From: Anolis carolinensis
Taxonomy: Eukaryota
Assembly (NCBI RefSeq): GCF_035594765.1
Contig: NC_085842.1
Span: 276,009,749-276,073,748 of the forward strand
Reading direction: 5' to 3'
Length of the DNA stretch: 64,000 nucleotides
How positions within the stretch are numbered: the stretch's first letter is position 1; every line of letters starts with the position of its first letter. The notes below the pieces were generated by a model. It was not told where the DNA came from. It made no database searches and saw nothing but the letters and a program-made list of their open reading frames with translations. Made by a program: the position numbers and the translations under genes. Positions 36,808 through 50,460 of this stretch are shown piece by piece.

Positions 36808-39800
36808 CTAAAAGAAACAAAAAGCAGAACAACATCCATTTAATTTATCCCCATTTGGTTAAATCCTAGATCATCTCCGTTTTCAAAACCATCTACTGAT
36901 TTCTAGGTAGTTTCATTTTTCAGTGCTCAAAATTTTAAAAACAATTTTTATATACTATTTTTAACAATACAATTTAATTAGGTTTAATTTATATTAAATA
37001 CTCAATATACCATAACGAATTGTGCTGACAGAAGTTGTAACTCACAACACCACCATTTTATTGACTTATTTCAATTATCAAAGCTACATTTCGTAGAAAT
37101 CAATAAATAGCAGAAAGACTAGGAAAAATCTTCTCCTTCTTCAGATAATAATGATTAGACTTTCTAATGCTTCACTTAAGCAGTATAAATAGCAGCGAAT
37201 TAGAAGAGCTAATTATAGATACTGCAATGTTAAAAGTTCCAGAGGAAGGCTATCTCTTATAAAATACATCAAGTACAGCTCAAGTTCACAACAGCTGAAA
37301 TAATAGAAAAGCACATACAGAAAAATATTATAGTTGTTGTTTCAGAAATGTGTTAAAAGACCACAAATCCTGGTCAGTCTCTATGATTTTATCTGGTTTA
37401 TATATCAGTTGCTCAAAAGACAATTCTAAGACTATTGCTGGCCACCAACGAGGCAGCTTCAAACCACCCATACTGAAGGAGAACTAGGTCCTGTCTTTTT
37501 AAAACAGGTAAAGGGGTTATTGTACTTATTTAAAACGATTAACTTTGCTTATTCTTGTTGTCCTGTGATTGAATTCCTTCAGTGCCTTTCAGGCTATGTG
37601 TTGAAACTTGTTTTCACTACAATTTTAACAACTAAGGAAACTGTATAGCAGCAACTGTGATATTGTCCCTCATACTTATTAACAGTGTAGCTACACTCTA
37701 GTAGATCATAGTATTTGTCCAGGAGTGACACTTGGTCTGAGGGGAGATTGGGCATATTCAGTTAACTGCTCAGCTTGTGGCTGACAAACCACAGACAGGA
37801 GAATTCTGCCCTAAGTCATAATGTGCCACAACCTAATGATGGATCCTCAGGCTGAATAAGCAGAATATCAACATCCACAACACTAAACAGATCTACAAAA
37901 TTAAATCCAGAACACTACCCACAGCATTCATCTTCTGAGCCTTTATTGATGACTGCCAACACATGGGGATTTGCTAATGACAATGGCTCCATGGCAATTT
38001 GAGTATTGTAATTCTTGCACCTGACCCCCTTCATTTAACTAATGTACACCGCATGAAGTAGGAGCACCATATGCAACTATAGATTTCTCAATATGCAGCA
38101 AATTAGTTTTGAATGAGCAGCTATAATGTAAGACTCATGGTGCTACTGGAATCATGATGAGAAACCAGTTCTCTCATACGAGACACATATTAAGGAGTCA
38201 CTCATGTGTATAAACAGCATAAACAGGAGAGGAAATGAAGCCTATCAAAGGCCCTTGAAGGGTATATTATTTTTAAAACCAGTTTTAATCTTCAGGAAAC
38301 TGATTTGCTTTTAAAATCTGCTTTATATTCCACCCTACAGGCATAGTTTGAAATTGGCTGCCTAGTTTTTTTATAGCATCATAATCTACAATGTTTACTC
38401 CAACCCTTCACGGGTGGGTGCCTATAGCACATTATAAGTAGGAAAGATCCTCCATGTGGGGAAGGAATGGGGGAACTTACTTGTTCCCACCATGATCTGG
38501 GTCCAGGGCTTGCCTTTCATGAAAAGTGAGACTTCATTCATAGAGGCTCTCTGTACTGCCTTACAGCTCACTCCATTCAGCAGGGTTCATAAACTTTTCA
38601 TCTAGCAATTTCCTAGTGATTAAGAAGTTACATACACCAAACCCATGATCTGTCACAATACCCTGTGGAATCTAAGGAATATGATGCAGAGGAGTTAAAT
38701 CTAGAAAGGCATCTGGCTCGAAATGACAGCTCCCTCAGAGAATATAATTTAGTAGCAAGCACAAATGATGAGGACCCTCAAAGAGACCCACACTTTAACC
38801 AAGTCTGATAAACACTAACAAATCCCCCCATCATTTGCAGCACATCAACAAGAAAATCATCATCATCAAAGAAGTCATCACTTTTTGCAGCTCTGTTGAA
38901 AAATGCTGGCATCTCAAGGTCAGCCAACTTGTTTTACACAATAGTTCTACTTGTCCCTCAGTGCTCTTGAATTTATTTGGATTCTCGACTTCTGGGCCAG
39001 CTTAAGAAATATGCCTTATCATCTTTCCCCTTTGGCTTTTCTTACTGTGACCAAACACTTCTGATGCTGGGAAGTGGAACAAAATGATCTGCATTAACAC
39101 CTGGAGATGAATGTTGAAAATAGCCAACTTTTTCCCTCTCTGCAACTTCCAACATCTCTAGCCAGCTTGTTTTTAAATAATGGTTTTAATGTGAAGATAA
39201 CTGATTTTAGTGTTTATGTATATTTATGGTTTATTTTATGATCCGGCATTGAATGTTTGTCATATATATCTTATGCTCCGCCCTGAGTCCCCTTCGGGGT
39301 GAGAAGGGCAGAATATAAATGTTTTAAATAAATAAATAACCAATGGTAAGGTAAACCTACCCATCCTTGCTCTGGATAAAGAGAGTAAATACAACAGAAA
39401 TAGTCTTCAAAAGCTGCTCCCCTTGTAAAACTTTAATTTTAAGCACCTGTTACTTTCCCTGTGTCACTAAGGTTACCACTGTAACCTCTATAACCTTATT
39501 TACTCAGATTCTGTATCTAGTCAAAAATACTTTAGCTGACAACCTATCCTCTCCATTTATATTTAATTAGGTCTGAAAATGAAAATGTATCATTTCTTCT
39601 AACCTAATACGTAGACATTTCTCTTAATGAAAATATGCACCATCTTAATTTTTTTCTGCTTCAGTGTCAAGACTGATTGAATACGCCATAAAATCATTTT
39701 TATGGAATATCATTTATTTTAGTTTTTCTCTCACCCTTTCACTTGCTTCTAAGTCAGATCTCAATTTTCTGTTTCTCATTTAATTTTTTGGGGTACATTT

Positions 39801-40940
39801 GAAAATTCAACCTACATGCCACTCAGGCAGAGAAGAGAGATATTAGACTAGATTAACCTGCAGAAGAACCAGAAAGCATTTCCTGCTGCTTCTTGAAAAA
39901 TTTAATTAGCTTGACATAGACTATGAAAAGTGATTTCTAATACCAGGGAGATAGGACAAGAACAAACTTGAGCTCAATTTCCTGAAAAATATATATGAGG
40001 GTTTAAAAAACTAGTTACTCCTGCTTTACTGACACAAAAAAATGAACATTCACTAGACAGATGATGTTTGTTTGTTATATTTTCATAAACTTTAAACTCG
40101 TAACAGGAAGAAGCATAATGTGAACCAGCAATTAAGCACAGCTCTCCATAGTCATCCGACAAAAGATAATCATCTTATAAAATCAGCTAATTCAAGGTTT
40201 ATCTAAAAAACAATGTTGTTTCCCCCTTCAGTATGATCACCCTAAAATGTTTTCATTTCTTTGTAACTTTTTTCTTTCTTCTTTCCTCAAGGAGTTCAAA
40301 AGGAGTGTATATACAAGTAATGCAATTGCATCCTAATGATCATTACTCCCTTGTACTTAAATGCAAGGTATACAATACCTCTACGGCAATTATGTGATTT
40401 TAAAAAAAACAAAATTATATTCAGGAACACTAATATCTGGAAACAAAGTTATAAGCTTCTGAATGAGAGAGCTGACAAACTAATTGGGCATTCCTCCTAG
40501 TATGGCCAAACACAAATTCACAAATTTATGGAAAGGCAATTTATACTTTTGCAGCTGGCAATCTTCTCCAACTATAGTGGGAGCTTGGAGCAAGGTCAAC
40601 AGGAAAATGGGCAGTTTTAGCAAAACCTCTGGCCCTCTAGAGCAATAGTACACTAGTGTATCACTGTGCATTTCTTACTGTGACCAAATACTTCTGATAT
40701 TAAACATCTAGGTAAACAAGACAAGCTATTTAATCCATCACGGCTTTCACTTGATGGGAAGAGCTGGTGGTGACGGATTGCCAGTGGTGAAGAAAGCACT
40801 GCTGGAATGATACCAAAAAAGAGGTAATACTTTGGGAAGACATGGTAGTAGAAATCACCATCTCTTTTGTTGGTAGTTGAAAGCAACTGATGGATACAGA
40901 GGCACACACTGGTCTCTGAGGGTGCCACCTTTATTTAGAG

Positions 40941-41074
40941 CAGTGGTGTCTAACCTTTGGTCCTCCATGTGTTGTAGACTCCAACTCCCAGCAGCTCTGG
41001 CCAACTTGTCAAATGGTCAGGAATTCTAGAAGCCAAAGCCCAAAACATCCAAAGGACTAAAGGCTGGACCACTG
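40941..41074. mobile_element. Short hAT MITE
   Basis: CAGTGGT...ACCACTG ends; perfect 8-bp TSD ATTTAGAG. Confidence 0.8.
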
Positions 41075-42251
41075 ATTTAGAGTGTCTGTGTGGTGATCCT
41101 ATTTACCATATTAACCTATTGGAGCAGCTCTGTATGATGGATGGAAAGCTCTAGGAGGCATAGTGGTGACTCAGCTGACTAAAGAAAGTGGCCTTGTTCA
41201 CTCCAGGGAAGTAACTCTTGTTAACCTGTGAGGCATCACAAGATTTCACTGTAGTCATCGTATTATTTAATACCTATTGAAATGGCTGGATGAACCCATC
41301 AGGAGTTTTGCAGTTAGATGGCACTGATATGCTGATAGCACTCAATTATATTAATCCTTGCATTAGGAGTCAGGTGAAGCTATACAGGAGCTGAACTGAT
41401 GGCTGGATGCTGTAATAGACTGAATAAGGGCCAATAAACTGACAATGAATCCTAGTAAGATGAAAGCTTTGTGGACTTGTTTCCACATTTGGGAATTCAG
41501 AGTGCATCTTGTCCTGGAGGGAAATATATTTATAGTAGCCGTGTTAGCCATGCAGTAAAATAGATAAAGTTGGCTAGTTTTGCCTGTACATTTTTCTACA
41601 TGAAACAGTACAGGGACTTCTTGGGAAAATCAATGTTCACTATCTAAGAAAGAAACAATTAACTCTGCATTGGACAGGGACACCTGGATATAAAGATAAG
41701 TTACTTTTCTATTAAGTAATGAAGGTGAAATTTTGTCATCTATCTTTTGGTACTCTTCATCCCTAGTCCTCACAGGGCCTATAAATGGAGTGTCTGCATT
41801 AAAATTCCTCAATAACATTTTAACTGACATCTCAAACAGAATGTAAGACGGTGGCAAAAACATTATCACCAAAGCATTAGTGCACTGCTTTCAACTGTTT
41901 CAAATCTATTTGATTTCAAACGATCTTATCATTTCAAATTGCTATTTTGAAAGCTGTTTTCCACAATGAAATCTTTTGATATAGCATAAAAGATAAAAAT
42001 TTAATAAATATTTATTAAATACAAATACTACTATGCAGATAAATATCTTAACTATCTTCTAGAATTTTTATTTATTTTGCTCTGCACTAGTGGGCTAACC
42101 TAGCACATAATGCAAATATGACCCCTAACCTCCCCTGTTTGAACAAGAGTGTCAGAACCTATATTTAAAAAATGATGTCTCTCTTCCCATTGACTGTGTC
42201 ATGGATCTGTTCCCCAACATTTGTGCCTAGTTAAATGGAACTATTATGTAT

Positions 42252-42445
42252 CTTGAAACTAAGACGGATCAGGCCTGGTTAGTACCTCAATGAGGAACTG
42301 TTAAGGAATACTAGGAGTTGTAGACTATATTTCAGAGGAAGTCAATGACAAGCCACTTCTGAGTATTCCTTGCCAAAGGAAACCCTACAAAATTCATGGG
42401 TTCATTAAATTCATGGGATCACCATAAGTCAGGCTGAAGACACTT
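42252..42445 (+). mobile_element. 5S rRNA-derived SINE
   Basis: Head gaaactaag...ggcctggttagtac resembles the 5S rRNA 3' half, followed by a non-5S tail. Confidence 0.7.
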
Positions 42446-42905
42446 AGAAACACATATGTACAAACACATACACAAACAAAACCATTAAGAAAAATACCTA
42501 AATAAGTAATTGGTTATTCTCTTTTACAGTTATTTTTCCCCAAACCCTGTTGTGTTCCTTCAAGTCATTTCTGACGTATGAAGACCCAAGACAATCTCTT
42601 ATAGGGTTTTGTGGCTTATGAGTGTATAACCTGGCTCAGGTGAGAACTTGGACCTTCATTTCTAGAGTCATAATCCAACACTCAAACCACTACACTATAC
42701 TGGTTCTCAATTAAATCCTTACTACAAATAGCATTACAGGTAAATATTAAAGCATGCAGGTTTCACGAGAAAGTCAAGGATAATTGTTATTGACAGTTTA
42801 TACTTGTACAATATCTCATATAGTTAAATATTTAAAATTCATCATTCATAAATAATTATACTAATTGTTTAAAATGATATTCTTGATGATGATATTTGAA
42901 CTCAC

Positions 42906-43020
42906 TTGCTGGTTTCTTTGCAGTTTGATTCTCATTGCTTCACATTGCTCAATCATTTGATGAAGTTCTGAACATGGAATGGTTATTTCAGAGGCAGTTC
43001 TCTCAGTGCTAAGAAAAGAG
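42906..43020 (-). CDS. Host gene coding exon E (SFLSTERTASEITIPCSELHQMIEQCEAMRIKLQRNQQ)
   Basis: ttgtgtccag| ... CAA|gtgagt; 115 nt, phase 2 to 0. Confidence 0.88.
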
Positions 43021-44408
43021 CTGGACACAACTATAATCTATTAATAATGTTGAAAGTATTTAACAAAGATATTTCATTCAAATCAGTTTACATAGTCACA
43101 CAGGACTCATCTCTAATAAACTTTTTAAATTTTAAAGATAGTTACAGATTTATAATAATTGCGATTTGGCAAAGTTAAAAGGTCTAGGGGAAGGCTATCT
43201 TTTTATGTAGCTGGAGTGGATAGCAAACACAATATAGATTATGTATACATGTTTGCAAAATGTACTTTAAAGTCTCTCCTTGAGTCTTTGTGATAATGAA
43301 GAAATGCACCACATTTGCCGAGCTTAGGGGCACAGGAACTCTTCAAAAGTAGAAAAATGCATTCCCCCATTTTTTTTAACCTGAAGGAACACCTCTCTAG
43401 GAATCTCTAGGTCTTTCAGCAAGCCTGTGATCTCCTGGAAATCGGACATAGAATCACACTGGAGGATGTGGAGATTCCTAGAGATAACATTTTTAATAAA
43501 CTCTGTGAATTATTAAATGTTCAAAAGTCAAACCCACGAAAGTGGGAGGCCAACTGTAGTTTATTTGTTTTTTACTGCTATACATACTTGCCAGTAGTGA
43601 GGAACATCGCTATACTTATCAGGAAGCAAGAGGTTACATTTTGAGAAATATGAATATTGGCCAGGATGGAAAGGATCTTGGAGGACAATAATGTGCTTGC
43701 AGGAAAGTTATAATTGTCCTCCACAGCAAAGAGTATAGCATCATCCTTAAACCTCAGCTCTTCCAGGAACAGGAAAGGCTAAGGAACATATAGAACACTT
43801 TTGGAAAATAAGGGACTTCCTAAAACAAGTTAAAATTGTAGTGTTCAGTGGTTTAGAACCTCCCAAACAGCCCAAAGGTATTGTATGTGGCTTATAGCCC
43901 AGGTTTTCCACACATAGAAGGAAATATAAAGAAAAGAGATTTAACACTTAATTGTCACTCAAGTACTGTACTAAGAAAATTGTGGCCAAATATCTTTTAC
44001 TTTATAAAACACTCTTATTGTAGCTGCAGTCCAAAATTCTCAGCCTAGAGTAACTAACTGCATGCGTAGGTATGTTGTGCTGGCATTGCACACTCCCCAC
44101 ACAGAACAGCAATATTTTGCAACAAATGGGTGCCACTGTGCAATGAGCAGTAGTGACTTTACACTGCATAACAGCAATGTGAAATATTAATACATGTTCA
44201 ACTCATTTCCACCACTGTCAGCAGAAGACATTTGTTGTGCTATGGCAAATAATTCCCGCAATATTCATAGTGCAATTTACGCATTAACGTCTCACCAACA
44301 GAATACCAGAAAATGTGTGTATTGTAGCTAACAAGATTAATAAGTAAGTTTACTTAAGAGAATGAAAGGTTTTTAAACCTCAAAACACTTAACACAACAT
44401 TTCGTGAT

Positions 44409-45013
44409 TGTTCTGTCCCCATGCTATCTTAACTACTTGGAAAGTGAACTGGCTGCGCAGGGAACAGGTCAGAGACTATATAGTTGAATCGAACAAGAAT
44501 TGACAAGAATTTTAAACTTTCTCTCCTTCTGAGTCTCACTATGAAGTCTTTATGTGGAGTGGTAAAGTCTTTGAGAGATCGACAGAGTTCTGGCCGAACT
44601 GAAGCCTTTGAATCTTTATTTCTTCTTATTGTTTCTTTCTTGTATGGTGTTCAACTGTCTCTAAGATGGTCTCAATATTTAACTCTGACTGGACTTAAAT
44701 ACAGCTCATAACAGCTCCGACTGGACTTGAATACAGCTATGAGTGGACGTGCTATTTTGTAGATTTCCAGCCTTCCTCTCTCTTCACCTTCTAGTCATGA
44801 AAAAAGGCTAACTCTACCAAGAACCAGAAGTGACTTGCCAGAGGCTCCACCCCTGAGGGGATTCTTAAAGGGGCAGAGTGACGGAGGCTTCAAATGCAAA
44901 GAGGCTGTCTAGACTGCCCCCCCCCCCAAGAAATGGTACATAAAATACTAATCCCTCTAACTAAAAAGGGCTTAAGTAGGGGTAGACAGCGAGGGTCTTC
45001 ATGGGGCACAACA
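44409..45013 (-). mobile_element. Solo LTR (605 bp), possibly BEL/Pao type
   Basis: Imperfect terminal inverted repeats TGTTCTGTCCCCATG / CATGGGGCACAACA; perfect 5-bp TSD GTGAT; minus-strand AATAAA near 44615. Confidence 0.85.
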
Positions 45014-45092
45014 GTGATCATCAGTTTATCCTAATGCCTTATTTCATATCCCTTTCATTCAAGGGAAGATCAAGTGTCTCTCCGCTGCTTAC

Positions 45093-45181
45093 CTAATCCT
45101 GTCACCAAGAGCTTCTAAAGAAGTGTTTAACTCCAACATAAGAGCAGCTCGAGAACTTAATCCTTCTGTAAGTAGAACCAC
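45093..45181 (-). CDS. Host gene coding exon D (VVLLTEGLSSRAALMLELNTSLEALGDRI-S)
   Basis: ttttctacag| ... AG|gtaagc; 89 nt, phase 0 to 2. Confidence 0.9.
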
Positions 45182-46322
45182 CTGTAGAAAAAAAAATTAT
45201 AAATGGAACATTTTTTAAAAAATACCCAATTGTACCTCTTCTGAAATACTATTTTATAAAAACTGGAAGAAAACATTGAAGTTAGATGGAGGCTTTGTGT
45301 TAACAATACAATGAAGAAATATAAGGAATATCCCTAGCTAAATATATGTCTCTATTGCACCTCTTTGTGATTTTACATAATCCTCCATGTTTTTCTATCC
45401 ACCTCATTGTTTATATGGTCCTTTCCTTTAGTTTGGCCAACCCTATTCACCCAGTATTGTAGGTATGCATAACAGTGAATATATTTAATTTCTCAAAATG
45501 TATCTTAATGTCCTGGAAATTATGTGATTCTGCTTAAAGCCACAAGTCTTTGTCTCATGCTTCTTTTTCTTGATGTCCAATAAACTAAAATATGTTCTTC
45601 CAGCCATCCCTAACTAGGGCTGCCAGAGTATAAACTGAAGAAGAATTTCAACAGATGTTGCTTATTTCCTGGTTGCATAACAAGCAACACCTGTTGGAAT
45701 TCCCTCCTTTACACAATTCTTAAAGGTACAAGAGCTGTCTCCAATTTTTCACTCTGCCAACCCTATCACTGACAGTTCCCAGCAAATTGCAGAGAAGGAA
45801 TGGAGAACTGGGGAAATTCCCAATCCCACCTTCTCATCTGTTCAATCACTACAATACCTAGTTCTAACAATATATAGTACATCTTATTTAAAAATGAAGT
45901 CAACAAAATAGTATATGAACTCAACAAAGAGTGACTAAGCTGCAACACTGAAAATTGTAAATATGGACAATGGGTTTTGGATTCATCAAAAGCCCCAATA
46001 TTTTAACATAAATTTAACAAGTGTATGCACTGTGTGTTATTCAGATATTCAAGCTAATAACGAATTACATCTCACCATGAATCATACACACACACACAAC
46101 ACAAACTAAAGTATCCACATAAGAGAAAAGAAAAAGGAGGGATGGAAAAGCTGCAATGAAGCACACAAAACCCTCCAGGAATTTAAGTTTCAAATAGCTT
46201 CAGGAGTTTTAAACACATATTTTTGAAAAATATATTTTCCCCATTCCCACATGTTGACAACTTTTATAAAGTTTTTCACAAAAAAAAATTCTGCTCAGTT
46301 GTTTTGTGAATTGCTATATTAC

Positions 46323-46422
46323 CTGCCTTTCGAGCTGCAGTACTTGAGCCTTTAGAAGATTAACACGTCTTTCATCAAAACATTCACTCTTCCCTTCTTC
46401 TATAAGCTTTTCATAACGGCTC
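46323..46422 (-). CDS. Host gene coding exon C (SRYEKLIEEGKSECFDERRVNLLKAQVLQLERQ)
   Basis: ctttcctag| ... CAG|gtaat; 100 nt, phase 2 to 0; heptad-like sequence. Confidence 0.9.
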
Positions 46423-46624
46423 CTAGGAAAGAAATTCACTTTTTTTTATAAAGAATGTCAAATCTTCAGAGTGCTATATTGATTTTCAATACCTACAATT
46501 TACTGAAACTATTAAAGGGGATATTCAAAGTAGAAAGATTCTTTTCTTTCTCCTTTTAAACTGATCACTCAAAACCTGTTATTTTCCTAGAAAATACTTC
46601 TAGTGTATTTTACTGTAATTTTCT

Positions 46625-47045
46625 TGTGGGGAGCAACTGTAAACCACACATACTATGTACGTACAAGTTGGTTGTGATGTCTATTTGTTCCAAATTTGTT
46701 CCAGATCCATCATCAGTGGCTCCGATGCAGCTCTCCAGATATGGGTGGATTACTACTCTCATCATCTTCTGTCATTCCCCCACCACCACCACCACCACGG
46801 TCATGATAGGTATCTGATCCATCATCAGTGGGATTCACACCGATGATGGCCCAAAAATGGCTGGAATATAATAATCTTCTGTCAATCCCCACCCCAGCCC
46901 CACCAGTATTTTAAGTTGAACAATGAAGAGCATGTGTGCCAGGTTTGGTCCAGATCCATCAGGCCATATAGGAGCCCTTTTTGGTTCAAGTATACATATA
47001 AATAAGCATATAAACATATAAACATACATATTTTTATACAGAGAG
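46625..47045 (-). mobile_element. Helitron-like MITE remnant
   Basis: gtgtgccaggtttggtccagatcc motif and AT-rich end similar to the 26202 element. Confidence 0.5.
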
Positions 47046-47224
47046 AAGATAGCGGGAGGTGGAATGTGTGGCCAGCCAAGGTCTCCAGGGAGGATAATGC
47101 GGACCCCTAGCTTTCCAGTTGCCTACACCTATTATACCACACTTTTTATCATAGAGAAATATCAGATTTAAGAGGCAGCAGAACTATGCTTTTGTAATTT
47201 TTTAAATCTAGAAACAATCAGTAC

Positions 47225-47274
47225 CTTAAATCTTCTAATTCATACTTTAGTCTTACATTTTCCTCTTGCAGTTT
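47225..47274 (-). CDS. Host gene coding exon B (KLQEENVRLKYELEDL-R)
   Basis: ttttatttttag| ... AG|gtactg; 50 nt, phase 0 to 2, compatible with both neighbours. Confidence 0.85.
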
Positions 47275-47427
47275 CTAAAAATAAAACCCACCAACAATAG
47301 TGTTAAATATATTGTTAGAACATATAAGTAACAATCTTAATTATCAGCTACGCAAAGAGTGCTCCAACATATACATGCCTTTTTAATAATCTAAAAAAAT
47401 GTAATAGTGTAAAATATCATAAAACAA

Positions 47428-47540
47428 ATGACTGGCTTGATCTTGAAAGAGCTGGGGGTGGCGACAGCCGAAAGGAGCTCTGGCGTGGGCTGGTCCATGA
47501 GGTCACAATGAGTCGGAAGTGACTGAATGAATAAACAACA
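47428..47540 (+). mobile_element. BovB 3' end fragment
   Basis: Matches the reverse complement of 53365-53465. Confidence 0.85.
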
Positions 47541-48265
47541 CTATAAAACACAGCATATATGACAGGTGCTGACCATGGAGCTGCCCTGGTGTATCTAGAG
47601 ATTCCTAGAGAAAACATTTTAATCAAATCTGTGAATATTCAAATCTACAAAAGTCAAATTTGCAAATATGGAATGCCAGCTATATTTTTATCAGAGGAAT
47701 TTTATTTTATTTTATTTACTTCCTTTCTATCCTGCCTTTCTTCCAATATAGGGACTCAAGGCTGACTCAAGTTAATCACAAAATCTTACTGGAGAACCAA
47801 GGGATTCCTAGCGGAGTGTTCTCTCAGGTAAAAAAAGTTGTTTTTATTCATAGTTTTTCATATTTGCAAATGTCCACTGTCCCTAACCCCAGAAATGTGG
47901 AGGGCTGACTATATAAGTAAGTAGTAGAAGAAGAAATAATAAAGTACGTACTAAATACATATGCTAAAGGCATCCAGGTTCAGTCCAATTTCAATACAGA
48001 ATATTGTATATATGGGAGGAGGCAGAATTCATTGGATAAGTAGATATATTTTTAGAATGAATCCATAGGGCTAATCATTTGAGTCATTTAACTGGCAAGT
48101 TATGTCTATGTATGCCCCATACACTTGTAATACTAGAATACTAATACATTTTGAAGTATTTAGTAGGAATGTCAATACATACATCCAATCTGATAACTGA
48201 TTTTTATTATTGATGAAATAATAAACTGATAACATACTGAATCCAAACAAACCAAACTTTTTCAC

Positions 48266-48403
48266 CTTTTGGTCATTCCTGTTCAAAAAAGGAGTTTGAA
48301 GTTCATTGATCTGTTTATCTTCTTGAAGCACTGAATTATCTTGACATGCTGAATCCCGAATCAGATGGCTACCTGCAGAATGTTTGGATAAGGGCTTTCC
48401 AAT
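48266..48403 (-). CDS. Host gene coding exon A (IGKPLSKHSAGSHLIRDSACQDNSVLQEDKQINELQTPFLNRNDQK), uncharacterised coiled-coil protein
   Basis: Minus strand ttttgtttttgtag| ... AAG|gtgaaa; 138 nt, open, ends in phase 0 and joins exon B. Confidence 0.75.
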
Positions 48404-48859
48404 CTACAAAAACAAAACCAGGATCATCACTGTTTAAAAAGAACAACAAAGGGGAGCACACTGACACAGGCATCAAGAAATGAAAGATCCTAACAGATAA
48501 CAAAAAATGGACAATTGAAAAATAATGAATCTGTCTTCATTTTGGTATTCCTGAACTTTCACTTAATTCCCTTCCATGTCTGAGTTAAAAGGAAGGATTA
48601 TAAAAGTATTGTCAGCTAATGGCTTTCTTTTTCCTTTTCAGCATGACAATTCCCAAAAGATTAATACTACAAATTACTGTTTATAAGCAAAGATATGCAT
48701 GCCAATCACTCTATAGAAATATAATATTTCTTGCCAAGACAAAAAAGCTAAGCATTCATCTACAGCAATCATGGAAGAAACACCAGCACTTTAAAAAATG
48801 GACAGATACATAATAAAGGAAAATACCACAAAATCCAAAATACATACCACAATGATCAA

Positions 48860-50460
48860 AACATACCCACAGAACTCTCCTTTAGCAGCAAATTTAAAAT
48901 GAGTTATCTTCCTATCAGCTTTCTTTACTGTCCCGCTTTCACAGTCATACAGTCGTACATTGGAACTGCAACAGCATGGACAATCCTTGGCTTTGGTATT
49001 CCATGGTATAACTTTAAAATTCCATATCTTGCCTAGTTTCTTCATAGGTACTCTTCCAAGTCCTAGTCTCCTTCAGATTTCTTCGCCAGTCTCTGTTTTG
49101 ATGTCTGAGCCAAGATACATGTAATCTTGAACTAGATCAAAATCTTGTGTGCTTTACAGTTATGCAAATCATCTGTGGTCATTATTTTTGTTTTCTTAAT
49201 TGTTCAGCTGTAAACCAACCTCTGCACTTTCTTCCTTGACTTTCTTCAGTAATGATTCCAAATCTCTTATTTTTTCTGCTAGTAATATGGTGTCATCTTC
49301 ATATAGTGTATTGTGTTGTTGATGTTACTTTCTTCAGTTTTCATGCCTGCTTCCTCTGAGTCCAATCCTGCTTTACATATGATTAGTTCAGCATACAAGT
49401 TAAATTGTATGCTTAACTTGTATGCTGTAATAAAAACCAGTCTTCCTTGACCACCTTGCCAGTTAGAAACCATTCTTTGCACAAGGCTTCACGTATACCA
49501 CAAACTGATTGTCTTCTGAAATTCTTTGGTGTGCTCCATTATCTAACATATATTTATAATACAATCTGTAGAGCCTCTTTCTCTCTTTTAAATTTTATTT
49601 TATTGTTTTATCCCACTCCCACCCTCTGCCCTTTCCCCTTGGATATACACTTTGTATAATAAACTACAGAGATTACATTTGAAATATCAGTCTTAATCTC
49701 AATTTTTCCACTCCACATCTTAAAACATTCTCTAAGTAATTCCTAATTGGATCCCACATACTCTTAATTATTATAACATTTTCTGTTTTATCTTTATTGT
49801 TCAATTGACAATTTGTTATTTCCACATTTAACATATTAACTATATAATTATACCAATTTGTCAAAGAGTCCATTTTGTTTTATCTTTCCAACCTCTCACT
49901 ATAACAATTCGAGCACACACTATTAATTTGTCAACCACCCTTTCTTTTTGCACATTATAAACTCCTGGTATTCTTGCATGTAATACATTTGTATTGGCTA
50001 TTATTATTTGAAGATTTAACATTCTATTAATTTCTCCTTCAATCATTCCCCAGTATGCCTGTACTCTATCACATTCCCATATCATGTGATTATACACATC
50101 TCTTTGTTTACAATCGAGCCTCTTCCTCTCTTGAACTCAGCTTGGATATCTGACATTACCATACTCCATGTATGGTAAAAGTCTTTGTTGTAGAATTTTG
50201 CCTATGATCTGCTTGTTTGGGAAATTAACACAATGTTCCTTTGGTTACTATAAACCTTGGTATCCCTTTCTTGGAGACTAGAATGTATGGTGGGTATTTC
50301 CACTTTGTGGACCAGTTTTGTCTTCCACTTTTATTCATAGGTTTTAATTAAGAATTGGGTGGCTTTTGTGGCTTGAAACAGCAATATTGGCTTGCCATCT
50401 GTTACTAGTGATTTATTTCTCCCAAATGCTTCAAGTGTAACTTCCACCTCACTTTCTTAA
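48860..50460 (-). mobile_element. Old RTE remnant with an L1 3'-end fragment inserted (about 49550-50110)
   Basis: YDCESGTVKKADRK (RTE) and HMIWECDRVQAYW (L1 cysteine-rich end). Confidence 0.65.

Noticed and set aside
42252-42330. 5S rRNA gene
   Set aside because: Partial, diverged and fused to a SINE tail, so it is a SINE head.
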